IMG/VR virus record: IMGVR_UViG_3300032246_002821 | Location: 118,954-182,953 of that record | Length of the DNA: 64,000 bases | DNA from: a virus | Strand: one strand, 5' to 3' | Shown: piece after piece, positions 41,793-51,633 of the stretch | Layout of the letters: each line of letters begins with the position of its first letter | Position numbering within the stretch: position 1 is the stretch's first letter | Program-made: the position numbers and the translations under genes | Notes under the pieces: model-generated | Seen by the model: the letters and a program-made list of their open reading frames with translations, nothing else | What the model was told of the DNA's origin: nothing | Database searches by the model: none

Positions 41793-42313
41793 TATATAAC
41801 CTGCGGCGCTGTTTGGACAAAGGTACTGGGTTCCAGTGGCCAAGAGAAATTATAAGGATCAAGCGTGTCATCGATAAGGTCTCTGAGTTCTTGCCTGTAA
41901 ATTTTGTATTTTTCTTTAAGTTCTATACTCATAGGAGCGTCCGGAAGTTGAGTCCAATCACTCATACTCAACCTAAAATTACGTTGTTGCCTAACGGTCG
42001 CCAAGACGTCATTGCGCCTAGCTATCCTTTCTTCTTCTGTTAATTCCACCAACATCCATTGTTGTAACCATATACCATCTGCATTTCTCACAGGATTGGA
42101 TTCTATAAGTTTGTGTGTATTCTGATTGTATGCCGGCACGGGACTGTAATCGTATATTCCAAAACCGTAAGGTTCCACTATATCTGGAGTAAGCATAGCA
42201 GGGAAACTGATATTGGGATGTAGCATACGGAAGTTTTCACTCAGTACTGGAAACTCAATGGTTCTAGATTCTCCTGTATTTGGATCTTGAGTTAATTGTA
42301 TTAATAAAGTCAT
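41792..42313 (-). CDS. tail fibre assembly chaperone-like protein
   Basis: RQQRNFRLSMSDWTQLPDAP...YRQELRDL. Confidence 0.8.
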   Translation of the reverse strand: MTLLIQLTQDPNTGESRTIEFPVLSENFRMLHPNISFPAMLTPDIVEPYGFGIYDYSPVPAYNQNTHKLIESNPVRNADGIWLQQWMLVELTEEERIARRNDVLATVRQQRNFRLSMSDWTQLPDAPMSIELKEKYKIYRQELRDLIDDTLDPYNFSWPLEPSTFVQTAPQVI

Positions 42314-42328
42314 AGTTGTTTTCCTTGA

Positions 42329-42838
42329 TTATACACCAGAAACATTTGTACTGGGAAATTGCCTTGTGGTACCTGGCCACACTATCCTCACAGCGCCGCC
42401 TGCACCGTTTCCACCTTTAACGCTCAAAAGCGTATTGTTATTTAGACCAGCACCCCCGCCACCACCATACAAACCGCCATCTCCCCCGATAGCAACACCA
42501 GCTAGCCCGCCAGCACCATTGCTGCCGTCCAGACCTCCCGAACCAGCTTTCCCACCAGCACCATAATTTATAAATGCTGTGCCTCCTGATCCACTTGTGC
42601 CTTGACCGAAGATACCTACACCACCACCACCGCCAGCACCCGCTGCTTTCAAATTATTATCGTTGTCTGCAGAACCACCAGCACCACCACCGCCACCCGT
42701 GCCAGCTAGACCATTGAAACTTCCGGGAGCAGACATGGATCCACCGGCTCCGCTATAACCGCCTGCGCCTCCACCGCCACCAGTAGTTTGGGCTGTGCTT
42801 GTGCCGCCTAAGCCACCGCCGTCACCCGTAATAGCCAT
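42329..42838 (-). CDS. Gly-rich fibre-associated protein, C-terminal half
   Basis: TGDGGG...GGGGAGGYSG...GAVRIVWPG. Confidence 0.75.
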   Translation of the reverse strand: MAITGDGGGLGGTSTAQTTGGGGGAGGYSGAGGSMSAPGSFNGLAGTGGGGGAGGSADNDNNLKAAGAGGGGGVGIFGQGTSGSGGTAFINYGAGGKAGSGGLDGSNGAGGLAGVAIGGDGGLYGGGGGAGLNNNTLLSVKGGNGAGGAVRIVWPGTTRQFPSTNVSGV

Positions 42839-43803
42839 TATTGGTAATCTCCTATATCCAATACTATATCTTTTTTCTGCCAGGACAAGTAATCAAAGTC
42901 ATCTTCCCTAGGCCAGCCTGTCACACAATAACCATTCACGTAATAGGTATGGCTGCCAGATAATACAAAATTATATAGTGGTGTATTATAGTCGAATATT
43001 TCTTTCTGGATACTGGTTACAGTTTTGCTCCCCTGTCTGTGCAGCAACTGGGTTCCCACAGTAAGTTTTTTAATTTTTTCTCTAGGATTATCCAAACCAC
43101 GATTTTTAAGAGGTATCACAGAACCATCTCCCAGTTTACAGGCATAGGAGCGTCCCCATACATCGCAGATGGCATCCACATCACAACTGTAAAATTTTTT
43201 ATCTGGACTCATGTGAGGATGATCATCATAGGTATAGTGCTCATCGTTTATCTTATACATATATCTAGCAGCCACAATGGGATTATCCAGGGCGATCACT
43301 TTATTGATCTCACCGAAAGCTCCCAATACATACTCTCCCACATAAACATTTTCGATTCTCCTCAAAGAACCATCTGCCATAGTTATCAGAGACCCCGCAA
43401 GGAAACATCCACCTCCACCACAAACATATGTACTACCTCCTGTGCCTCCCCCTGCGCTTACTGTACCTGTGCTGTTGAAATATGATGTTCCTCCGTTGCC
43501 GCCGGCATTGGATTGACTGGGTGCGCCGGTGCCACCAGCCCCCACTACTACAGCATAGCTTCGTCCAGGAATCACAGCGATGTTGTTTTTATAGGCCAGA
43601 TCGCCGCCATTGCCTGCGAAACCGAAATATACACCCGCATTAGTGACGGAACCACCACCCCCACCACCTATAGCTACCACGCTCACACTGTTGACGCCTA
43701 TGGGTGCTATCCAGCTGTAAGTTCCAGGCGTGGTGTAGGATTGGCTACCTGCTCCTGCAGTCTTGGCGCTGGCTGCTGCTGCCATCAATTTAGATATGGG
43801 CAT
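42838..43803 (-). CDS. Gly-rich fibre-associated protein N-terminal half fused to a Hint domain
   Basis: YTTPGTYSW...VVAIGGGGGG, then CFLAGSLITMADG...LYNFVLSGSHTYYVNG (Hint about 42922-43407). Confidence 0.8.
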   Translation of the reverse strand: MPISKLMAAAASAKTAGAGSQSYTTPGTYSWIAPIGVNSVSVVAIGGGGGGSVTNAGVYFGFAGNGGDLAYKNNIAVIPGRSYAVVVGAGGTGAPSQSNAGGNGGTSYFNSTGTVSAGGGTGGSTYVCGGGGCFLAGSLITMADGSLRRIENVYVGEYVLGAFGEINKVIALDNPIVAARYMYKINDEHYTYDDHPHMSPDKKFYSCDVDAICDVWGRSYACKLGDGSVIPLKNRGLDNPREKIKKLTVGTQLLHRQGSKTVTSIQKEIFDYNTPLYNFVLSGSHTYYVNGYCVTGWPREDDFDYLSWQKKDIVLDIGDYQ

Positions 43804-44537
43804 TAGCTGTTATATCCTCCCACATATCCATAATAATTGGTACCCCCATCCACTGTGAAAAAAACAAAAAAATCGGTCTTACCGCTCGTAGCGGTCAAAC
43901 TAGGCGCCGTGCCGCTGGGCCATTTAACACTGGATGGCCATACACTTGTATAACCGGTTGTAGCACTATAGGTGTATTTTAACGTGAAGCCAAAACTTGT
44001 GCCGCTGGCAGGAGGATTTGTAAAAGTCATGCTGCTTATGCTAGCATTGACGGTCACATCGAAAAAATTAGCTGTACTCAAATCTAAATTCAGCGCACCC
44101 CCTGTGATTGCAGGAGTGGCACGTGTTTCTGTGAATTGGGTGCTTTTAAAACTGCTGTTTACTGTCACAGTGTTGCCGAAAGTTGCCCCTGTGCCGTATA
44201 TATTACCAGCTATACCTACGCCGCCGGCGACTATCAAAGCCCCCGTAGTAGTATTAGTGCTTGCACTTGTATCCAAAACAAACACTGTGGTAGCAGGACT
44301 GAAAACAACGTCAGCTGTGCCATCGGGATCGATGTAAAGATTGCTGTTTGTTCCAACTGTGGTTGTTATGTTATTTGCAATTATAGTACCATTGGCAGTA
44401 ACATTCAGATTGCCCACCGTCAGTGTGTTGCTGTTGACAGTCTGCCTGAACCAGGCATTGGCATTGCTCCAGTATACGAAATTGATGCCGTCCACAGTAG
44501 TCAGTTGCAAATTGGTAGGGCTCAGTGGAAATGTCAT
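43803..44537 (-). CDS. tail fibre-associated structural protein
   Basis: T/N/G-rich; GALIVAGGVGIAG repeat; C-terminal WPSSVKWPSGTAP domain. Confidence 0.75.
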   Translation of the reverse strand: MTFPLSPTNLQLTTVDGINFVYWSNANAWFRQTVNSNTLTVGNLNVTANGTIIANNITTTVGTNSNLYIDPDGTADVVFSPATTVFVLDTSASTNTTTGALIVAGGVGIAGNIYGTGATFGNTVTVNSSFKSTQFTETRATPAITGGALNLDLSTANFFDVTVNASISSMTFTNPPASGTSFGFTLKYTYSATTGYTSVWPSSVKWPSGTAPSLTATSGKTDFFVFFTVDGGTNYYGYVGGYNS

Positions 44538-44546
44538 GTTTTATCC

Positions 44547-46106
44547 TTATGCTCCGCGTACCATAGCACCGTTGAACCAAGTGATATTAGGAGAGCCAAC
44601 TGCTGTAACAGTTACATTTCCGCCAAACCCCTGTTGAACATATATTTCAAAATAGTCTGTGGTTCCATTGGCATACACCAATGAGCTCACAGTCATGGCC
44701 CAAAAGTTTGAGGCAATTTGTGTGCCGCTTTGATTTGTGCCACGCTTGTGTTCTGAACCATTCCTCCAAATAACAATCATCATTTCGCCTGTGCCAGTGG
44801 CACCATCTAATCGAACTTCGGCATTCAGTTGATAGTAGCCTTCCACTGTGGGAGTAAAGCGTGAGTTGGTGTAGCAATTATCTGTGTCAAATTCTTCTGT
44901 TTGGAATAGAACCTTTTGTTGGCTACCTGTGGTTATAGTCTGTGCTGAGTTATTTGCATAAGCACTAAACGCAGGACCGTTGACTGCTTTTTTGCCACTA
45001 ACTGTGTACCCACCTGTTACGTTCAAGTTGCCAGATGGATACAAGGTTAACTTAGTTGAACCAGGAACAAACCAACGGAACTCACCGGCATTGTTGTCAA
45101 TCTGCCAGTTCTGGCTCACGTTGCCGTTGTAAAAACCAATGCGAGGACTAGGCGTGCCTGAGCCTGTGTTGCCTATGAACACACCGGCCAATGTGCTATT
45201 TTCGTTATAGACTCCGCTGAAATATCCGCTGCCAGTGACGCTGAGATTGCCACTAGCTACCACATTGCCTGTGTTTTTAACCGCAAGGGTGATGCCTATG
45301 TTTGTATCCGATCCCACAGCGGTTATGGTGGGATTGTTGCCTGTGGTCTGCCCAGCCAATGTCAGATAATTGGCACTGCTGGCGCCTGCTGTGAGACTGC
45401 TACCTGTGTATACTGTACCCTGTACAGCGGCACCACCAGATACCTGCAATGCTCCGGACACTGTGCTGCTGGCAGGACTGGTGTTGGATATGTAAACCAC
45501 GCCAGCCACATTGGCTAGCCCTGCTACGAATATATTTGCTGTATACAGGTTAGCATATTGATATGCACTGCTACCCAAAGAATATGTCACATTGCTGGAG
45601 GGAATTAGATTGCCTGTGATACTCAGAGCACCATTGGCCACTGTATTGATGCCGTAGGCGGCATTGGCAATGCTGGTGGTACTGGGGCTGAAATTGCTAA
45701 ATGTGGGACTGGTGATATCTACCCAGTAGTAACCGCCTCCGTCATACGTGTATCTCAGCATGGTATCGTTCTGAGTGCAGTACCAGAAATCTCCCACGTT
45801 GGGATTGGCCGGAGGTGTGCTGCTAGTAGTGTGCCTGGTAGTGGCGATCTGACCGTTGCTGTAACGGAAAGCCGCGGCATTCACGTTGCCAGCCACATAC
45901 AGGTTGGCACCTATGCCAGCACCACCTGTGACTATCAGAGCACCGCTGCTGCTACCAGTGCTGTCTGTGGTGGCACTGAGAGTGAGACTGCTGTTGGCTA
46001 TGCCTGAATATAATCTGGTCCAGGTGTTTGTAGCAAAACTGTACTGGTAATTATAACCGCCTACAGTTGCTATCTGCTGGTCTGCTGGACTTGTAGGAAA
46101 ACTCAT
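44547..46106 (-). CDS. tail fibre protein with a C-terminal C1q-like domain
   Basis: GPAFSAY...FQTEEFDT...RFTPTVEGYYQL. Confidence 0.78.
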   Translation of the reverse strand: MSFPTSPADQQIATVGGYNYQYSFATNTWTRLYSGIANSSLTLSATTDSTGSSSGALIVTGGAGIGANLYVAGNVNAAAFRYSNGQIATTRHTTSSTPPANPNVGDFWYCTQNDTMLRYTYDGGGYYWVDITSPTFSNFSPSTTSIANAAYGINTVANGALSITGNLIPSSNVTYSLGSSAYQYANLYTANIFVAGLANVAGVVYISNTSPASSTVSGALQVSGGAAVQGTVYTGSSLTAGASSANYLTLAGQTTGNNPTITAVGSDTNIGITLAVKNTGNVVASGNLSVTGSGYFSGVYNENSTLAGVFIGNTGSGTPSPRIGFYNGNVSQNWQIDNNAGEFRWFVPGSTKLTLYPSGNLNVTGGYTVSGKKAVNGPAFSAYANNSAQTITTGSQQKVLFQTEEFDTDNCYTNSRFTPTVEGYYQLNAEVRLDGATGTGEMMIVIWRNGSEHKRGTNQSGTQIASNFWAMTVSSLVYANGTTDYFEIYVQQGFGGNVTVTAVGSPNITWFNGAMVRGA

Positions 46107-46155
46107 TTATCTATCCCAAACATATATCATACTTATCTGATCACATATACTGACG

Positions 46156-46181
46156 AAAATGCCGCCCGTAGGCGGCATTTT
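46156..46181. terminator. bidirectional intrinsic terminator
   Basis: AAAATGCCGCC-CGTA-GGCGGCATTTT. Confidence 0.85.
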
Positions 46182-46200
46182 ATCGAAATCTTTACCAGTA

Positions 46201-46857
46201 TTATACTGGCACTTCTTCCCAAGCCATTGAACCAAAGAAACCGTTGGTGTTGGCCACTGTGCTCAAGTAGAAACAAGCGTAACCAGTTGGAGGAATGACG
46301 ATACTGCCTTCCAGATCCACCAAAGCTGTTGGTGTCTGACCAGTTGAAGTAGCAGCAACAGTACCAACCCAACCCAGTGTGTACACAGGATATGTGGTTA
46401 CTGGAGCAGTTGTGGTGATACCTGGTGTGGCAACTGAGTACAGTGCAGCAACCGATGCTGGACCGTTGATGTAGTTGTTACGTACTGTTACAGCAGTTGT
46501 GGTGATCAGCGGTAGTGCTGAAAAACCTATACCGATACTGACTACTGAAGCAGCAGCAGGGGCAATGGGGAAGCTGTAACCTACTTTTTGCAGTACACAG
46601 TTGACAGTTGAACCTGGAGGATTGTAAAGCACCAGACCAGTGTAAGCTGTGGCAGTTACCAGTCCCAGTGCGGTGGCTGTGACACCAGTGGCACCTGATA
46701 GTGCGCCGGAAAACAAGTTACGGCGGTATGCTGTTTCGTAATAACGACCGTGCAGTTCACTGACGATCATATCACCCTGGTTACCCTGACGAATCGGAGG
46801 GTTAGTGCCGGGTGTTGCACTCTGTGCGATTGGACCTACTTGTCCCTGAATAATCAT
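46201..46857 (-). CDS. putative structural protein
   Basis: 218 aa, beta-rich, ends WEEVPV. Confidence 0.7.
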   Translation of the reverse strand: MIIQGQVGPIAQSATPGTNPPIRQGNQGDMIVSELHGRYYETAYRRNLFSGALSGATGVTATALGLVTATAYTGLVLYNPPGSTVNCVLQKVGYSFPIAPAAASVVSIGIGFSALPLITTTAVTVRNNYINGPASVAALYSVATPGITTTAPVTTYPVYTLGWVGTVAATSTGQTPTALVDLEGSIVIPPTGYACFYLSTVANTNGFFGSMAWEEVPV

Positions 46858-47378
46858 AATCTAAACTCCTGTGTATTTGGATTAGTCAAATCTGACCTGA
46901 GTTGGTTCAAGTCATCCATGTTTATATTTAGCCCTTGGGCTAGGATAATGTTCATCGTCTGCAATTCTGTCAGCATCGCTAGTTGAATTTCCATCAATTT
47001 TTGTAGATTTCCACCAGTTTCCTGTGTGGCGTTTTCCTCGTTTCCTACCGCACCGAAATCCAGTGCACCTATGCTGGTATCATAGAATACGTTGATGATA
47101 TCCGTGCTGGAATGAGCAGATGTATCATAAGTTAGCAGCACTATGCTTGATGTCAAAGGTGCTCCGCCTGCGGCAGTGCTTGCGCCCACGATACCATTGG
47201 ATGGGGTCGCAACACCTAAACCAGCTGCGCCTGGTGCATAGATTATGGCATTTCTTGTGACATTTATCACGGCATACAATTTGCTGATATCGAAAAAAGG
47301 AAATGCGCTGAAATCCAGATATCCCACACCAGCTGTTCCTGGAACAAATGTTGGGGCAAAAGAAAGTAATTGTTTCAT
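46854..47378 (-). CDS. putative structural protein
   Basis: 174 aa, coupled to the downstream gene. Confidence 0.7.
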   Translation of the reverse strand: MKQLLSFAPTFVPGTAGVGYLDFSAFPFFDISKLYAVINVTRNAIIYAPGAAGLGVATPSNGIVGASTAAGGAPLTSSIVLLTYDTSAHSSTDIINVFYDTSIGALDFGAVGNEENATQETGGNLQKLMEIQLAMLTELQTMNIILAQGLNINMDDLNQLRSDLTNPNTQEFRL

Positions 47379-47387
47379 TTATCGTCC

Positions 47388-47621
47388 TTACATGGCCAAC
47401 TGGAACGCCAGCAGCGTATTTAGATTGGGGATAGCTACACCGTTCTGGTAAAAACCACCTGTGACAGTGACGTTGCTTGCTGCCACGTTACCAGAATAAG
47501 TGATGGCCGATACACCAGCAACACTGGCTGGTCCCCAGGCATTCTTGGTGCTGTTGTAGGCATATACGACACCATTTATAGTGGTGGTCTGTCCATTGAT
47601 GGGGTTTACTGGCCAAGCCAT
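47388..47621 (-). CDS. small structural protein carrying the FPxSP..G..Y....W module
   Basis: MAWPVNPINGQTTTINGVVYAYNSTKNAW; TAAATA at 47639-47644 (minus strand). Confidence 0.7.
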   Translation of the reverse strand: MAWPVNPINGQTTTINGVVYAYNSTKNAWGPASVAGVSAITYSGNVAASNVTVTGGFYQNGVAIPNLNTLLAFQLAM

Positions 47622-47644
47622 TGTGTTCTCCTGTCAGCTATTTA

Positions 47645-47917
47645 TTAAATTCCCGGAGGTGTCATGGCTGGCAGTTCTGGTTGTGTATCAGCGTAAACTA
47701 GATCGGCTGCTTGTACCACAGCATCCACGCTGGCAGGCATACTGGTGATGTCAGGATCTGCCACCATACGGCGCACTTCGTTCTGGTAGATCTCCTGTTT
47801 GGCAGCATTGATCCTGGCCCTGACAAAGTTATCGGCCCATTCGTGCGGGTCAGCTGCGAAATAACGCAGCACTTTCCAGTCCAGATCTGTCAATTCTATT
47901 GTTATAGTATGGCTCAT
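47645..47917 (-). CDS. small protein accompanying the C1q genes (possible chaperone)
   Basis: 90 aa, ends the C1q gene run. Confidence 0.65.
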   Translation of the reverse strand: MSHTITIELTDLDWKVLRYFAADPHEWADNFVRARINAAKQEIYQNEVRRMVADPDITSMPASVDAVVQAADLVYADTQPELPAMTPPGI

Positions 47918-47928
47918 ATTGTCTTCCT

Positions 47929-48510
47929 TTAAGCTATCTGATATCCGCAGAACATACTGCTGTTGTCCAGGTAATATTGTACAGTGACACTCGCATTCAC
48001 GTATATCACGTAATTAACATAATCTCCAGCAGTGAGATAAAAAATATCATTTATGCCACCATGGGCTGCATAACCACTGCTGTAATAGGTCCTGCCACGG
48101 ATCCTGTAAGGTCCGCCTGTTGCGGCATTATGCACTTGCTTGGCTGTAAAACTGCCATTTATCCAGAATGTGGGATGGAAATAATCCAGATCAGTGCCAC
48201 CCTGTTTTACCACATAAGCACTGGCCATGAAATGGTATATTCCTGTCACAGGTGCTGTGAATCTGCCGTTGTTGGTATTATAATCTCCCAGATTATCTGA
48301 ATAACTGCCAGCAAATATCATGGTATTCCAGGCGGCGTTGCTGCCAAAATTTATATTACTACCAGTGGATCCCTGTGCGTAGAAAAAACTGCGTTTATTT
48401 TGCAGTGGCAATCCAGTGTCACTGACATTGAAACCAGTGAAGTTATTGGTGGTTATGCTCACTGCACTGTTGCTGGATCTTATTATCGCGCCGTTCACAT
48501 CGAATACCAT
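47929..48510 (-). CDS. C1q-like domain protein
   Basis: YNTNNGRFTAPVTGIYHF...IFYLTAGDYV...FCGYQI. Confidence 0.8.
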   Translation of the reverse strand: MVFDVNGAIIRSSNSAVSITTNNFTGFNVSDTGLPLQNKRSFFYAQGSTGSNINFGSNAAWNTMIFAGSYSDNLGDYNTNNGRFTAPVTGIYHFMASAYVVKQGGTDLDYFHPTFWINGSFTAKQVHNAATGGPYRIRGRTYYSSGYAAHGGINDIFYLTAGDYVNYVIYVNASVTVQYYLDNSSMFCGYQIA

Positions 48511-48511
48511 A

Positions 48512-49117
48512 TCAAGACCCCAGATACACACCGCTCATATTGCTATGAGCGTCGTAAGTTGACATGACAGTCGCTCCTCCTGAATACCACCAGGCTTCCA
48601 CATAATCCGCCGCTGTGAGATATAGTATCTCACAGAAATCGGTATCGTGTCCATAGCTGCCCAGGTAACCGTATTGCCTGATACGATATATGGTGCTGGG
48701 TCGTCTGGTGGTCTGGCTACCATTCACGTACAATACTGGATGGCAATAACAGTTATAATTGACTCCGTCACCAGAGTAGATATAGTTGTGTACTTTGATC
48801 AGATAATAACCGGTCCAAGGAGCAGTGAAACGGTAGTTGACCAGATCGTAACAACTGTTGACATTGCGATATCCAGCACCCCCGGTGTATGCGAATGCCA
48901 GTTTGCCCCAGGTGCCCAGACTGACGGGAGCAGACCAAGCTGCTGCTGCTGCATTATAACCTACCATGAACAGCGGAGTGGCTAGACTGCCATCACTCTT
49001 GAGCGGACTGCTGGTCCGGCCGGCGCTGTCTTGGACAAACAATGTGTTGTTGGCTGCATCTGTGGCATAGAAGCTGGTGTTTCCTGTGAGCAGTGTTCCG
49101 TTGACATTGATAGGCAT
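48512..49117 (-). CDS. C1q-like domain protein
   Basis: YDLVNYRFTAPWTGYYL...ILYLTAADYV...SGVYLG. Confidence 0.8.
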   Translation of the reverse strand: MPINVNGTLLTGNTSFYATDAANNTLFVQDSAGRTSSPLKSDGSLATPLFMVGYNAAAAAWSAPVSLGTWGKLAFAYTGGAGYRNVNSCYDLVNYRFTAPWTGYYLIKVHNYIYSGDGVNYNCYCHPVLYVNGSQTTRRPSTIYRIRQYGYLGSYGHDTDFCEILYLTAADYVEAWWYSGGATVMSTYDAHSNMSGVYLGS

Positions 49118-49692
49118 TATCCCACGAACACTCCTGCGAAACAAGTAAATAACGGTGTATAGTAGCCCAGTGTACCGGTTATGCCGTGAGGTTCCACATA
49201 ATCGCCAGCTATGAGATTTATCACTTCTTCCATCTGGTTATCTATGTTATAGTTTGCCACGTAACCATAACCCACAATACGATATACCGAATTATTACCA
49301 CGCCTTGTGGCAGTGTTTCCGTTGACTGCGAATGCGGTGTGCGTATAATTGTTATTGTATCCATAACTGGTGAATACGAACAGATAAGGTCCGCTTATGG
49401 GCGCAGTGAACCTGCCTTTGTTTGTCACTGTATCATAACAGTTGTTTACATTGACAACAGTGTTCAACAGATTGTAACTCATGCTACCGAAAAGAGCAGT
49501 ATTCAATGCTATGCTAGTACCATCGGTTCCACCTGCTATGAAAGCAGGCCTGGCATTCTGGGTCACTCGGGTATAGCTCTGTCCACCATAGCTGGCTATG
49601 GCTTGCTCTAATATGGTGGTGCTGTTGACGTCTTTGATACGAAATGCACTGTTACCACCTTCTATGCTACCACCACCTGCTACTATGGGCAT
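49117..49692 (-). CDS. C1q-like domain protein
   Basis: RPAFIAG...GRFTAPISGPYLF...INLIAGDYV...FAGVFVG. Confidence 0.8.
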   Translation of the reverse strand: MPIVAGGGSIEGGNSAFRIKDVNSTTILEQAIASYGGQSYTRVTQNARPAFIAGGTDGTSIALNTALFGSMSYNLLNTVVNVNNCYDTVTNKGRFTAPISGPYLFVFTSYGYNNNYTHTAFAVNGNTATRRGNNSVYRIVGYGYVANYNIDNQMEEVINLIAGDYVEPHGITGTLGYYTPLFTCFAGVFVG

Positions 49693-49694
49693 TC

Positions 49695-51608
49695 TTATGT
49701 TCCTTTTTTAGCAGGCACTGTGGTTGGATCCACTTCTGTGAGATTGAATTTATAAACTTTTTTACGCCTGTTGTTGTAGATGAACAGATCATCCTCGCCT
49801 TCCACTATTGTCCAGTCACCTATGCCATTGCTCAGTTCCAAGTCACCTGTGTAAATGATGTTCCATCTGCTGGTAGGGCTGCCCAGATTATATGTGACGT
49901 TGGCGATAGGCAGGATGGTTTTAGTGTAAACGTTACCGCTGCTGTCTATACTGGCAGCGTTGGCACCCACGCTCAGAGATCCTGTGCTGGTCTGAGTGAC
50001 TACGTTGATGTTACCGTAGATATAACTGCTGCCCAGGATTGTCTGGCTACCCACTGTCTGACTTCCAGTTATGGTCTGGCTTCCTGTGATGGCTGTGCCA
50101 CTGCTGTTGAATGTCACAATAGGCGTATTGACACTTCCGAAATTGAAATATATGGGACCATTAGGCGCGGCACTTATGCTGGTGGTACCGGCAACGATAC
50201 CAGCCGGACTCCTGGTATACAGATCCACCCAATAGCTGCTGACCCCGTCACTGACCCTGGTATACAAAGTATCGGTGCTGGTATCATACCATTGATCGCC
50301 GGGCCTGGCGCTGGCTGGAGAACTGGCGCTGGCATTATATAGGATAGCTTCAGGAAAGTTCAGTATGTCCAGCCAATAGCTGCTTACGCCGTCACTGATC
50401 CTGGTGTACAAGGTATCAGTGCTGTTGTCATACCATTGATCTCCCACGTTGGGATTAGCTGGTGCTGATGAACTGGTAGTGAATTTTACAAAATTGCTCT
50501 TGTCGCTGATGTCCAACCAAAATGTGCTGGTGCCGTCTGTGAAATAAGTGTACAGGCTGTCTGTGCTTGTGTCGTACCATTGATCACCCACGTTGGGACT
50601 GGCAGGGCTTGACACGCTAGTGGTATATACTTGAGCGTTCCTGGTCACCCCGCCTTTGCTCAATGTTGTGTAGTTGACAGTGGTGGCGCTGACGTTTCCT
50701 ATGGTAGCAGTATTTGTCACTACCAGGTTGGCAAAACTGTTGGGCTGATTGGTGATGTCGACCCAGATGGTATTATTGGCACCATCCAGGATATATTCAT
50801 AGAGTATATCTGTCGTGGTGTTATACCAGGTATCGCCCACATTAGGATTGCTCGGTGGACTACTTGAGGTGCTGTGCTTGATGAAGGTGGAGGCTCCACC
50901 CACAGTGACATTACCACTGATTGCCAGATTACCGCCCACAAACAGATTTCCAGTGACACCGGCGCCGCCCACTACCTGCAGGGCACCGCTTGTGGTGCTA
51001 GTGGCTGTGACTCCGCTGTTGGCTACCAGGTTTCCAGCATACTCTGTCACTCTGAGCACTTCGCTGCTGAGGAAGGTGGTGTTGCCTGTGACTGTCAAAT
51101 TACCGGCGACGAACAGATTTCCGCCTATGCCAGCACCGCCAGCCACAGTGAATGCGCCAGTGCTGCTGTTAGTGCTGGCCGTGGTGCTGAGAATGTTTAA
51201 ATTATTTGTGGTACTGGTAAAATAATTTAAGATGGTGCTGTACAGATTGCTAAACTGTATGGGACTGGTGCCCACTTGTACGTTACCAGCATTGCCGGGA
51301 ATATAATAGAATACGTTGCCGCTGACAGTGCCTGCTTCCACGAATGTCAGCGCACCGCCGCTGATTTCCCTGTAATCATTAAAATCGCTGGTGCGATACC
51401 AGGTACCGTTGCTGCCGGTACCAAGCGTTGTCACACGGAAGATGCCGTTTTCTGTAGGATCTGTCTGGGACCTGACCAGGACACGGTCGTTGGCGACAAG
51501 ACTTACCCCATCCACCACATTGGGCGCACCACCAGTGAGATTGACATTGGTAGTGGTAGCTGCACGAACGCTGTCTTTGTAGTCAGTAACTAACCGGGTA
51601 AGAGCCAT
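49695..51608 (-). CDS. tail fibre protein with four P..P..GD.WY repeats
   Basis: N-terminal VRAATTTNV...DRVLV...ENGIF; C-terminal WTIVEGEDDLFI; TAAATA at 51626-51631 (minus strand). Confidence 0.8.
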   Translation of the reverse strand: MALTRLVTDYKDSVRAATTTNVNLTGGAPNVVDGVSLVANDRVLVRSQTDPTENGIFRVTTLGTGSNGTWYRTSDFNDYREISGGALTFVEAGTVSGNVFYYIPGNAGNVQVGTSPIQFSNLYSTILNYFTSTTNNLNILSTTASTNSSTGAFTVAGGAGIGGNLFVAGNLTVTGNTTFLSSEVLRVTEYAGNLVANSGVTATSTTSGALQVVGGAGVTGNLFVGGNLAISGNVTVGGASTFIKHSTSSSPPSNPNVGDTWYNTTTDILYEYILDGANNTIWVDITNQPNSFANLVVTNTATIGNVSATTVNYTTLSKGGVTRNAQVYTTSVSSPASPNVGDQWYDTSTDSLYTYFTDGTSTFWLDISDKSNFVKFTTSSSAPANPNVGDQWYDNSTDTLYTRISDGVSSYWLDILNFPEAILYNASASSPASARPGDQWYDTSTDTLYTRVSDGVSSYWVDLYTRSPAGIVAGTTSISAAPNGPIYFNFGSVNTPIVTFNSSGTAITGSQTITGSQTVGSQTILGSSYIYGNINVVTQTSTGSLSVGANAASIDSSGNVYTKTILPIANVTYNLGSPTSRWNIIYTGDLELSNGIGDWTIVEGEDDLFIYNNRRKKVYKFNLTEVDPTTVPAKKGT

Positions 51609-51633
51609 GATTTATCCTTGCCCAGTATTTAAC

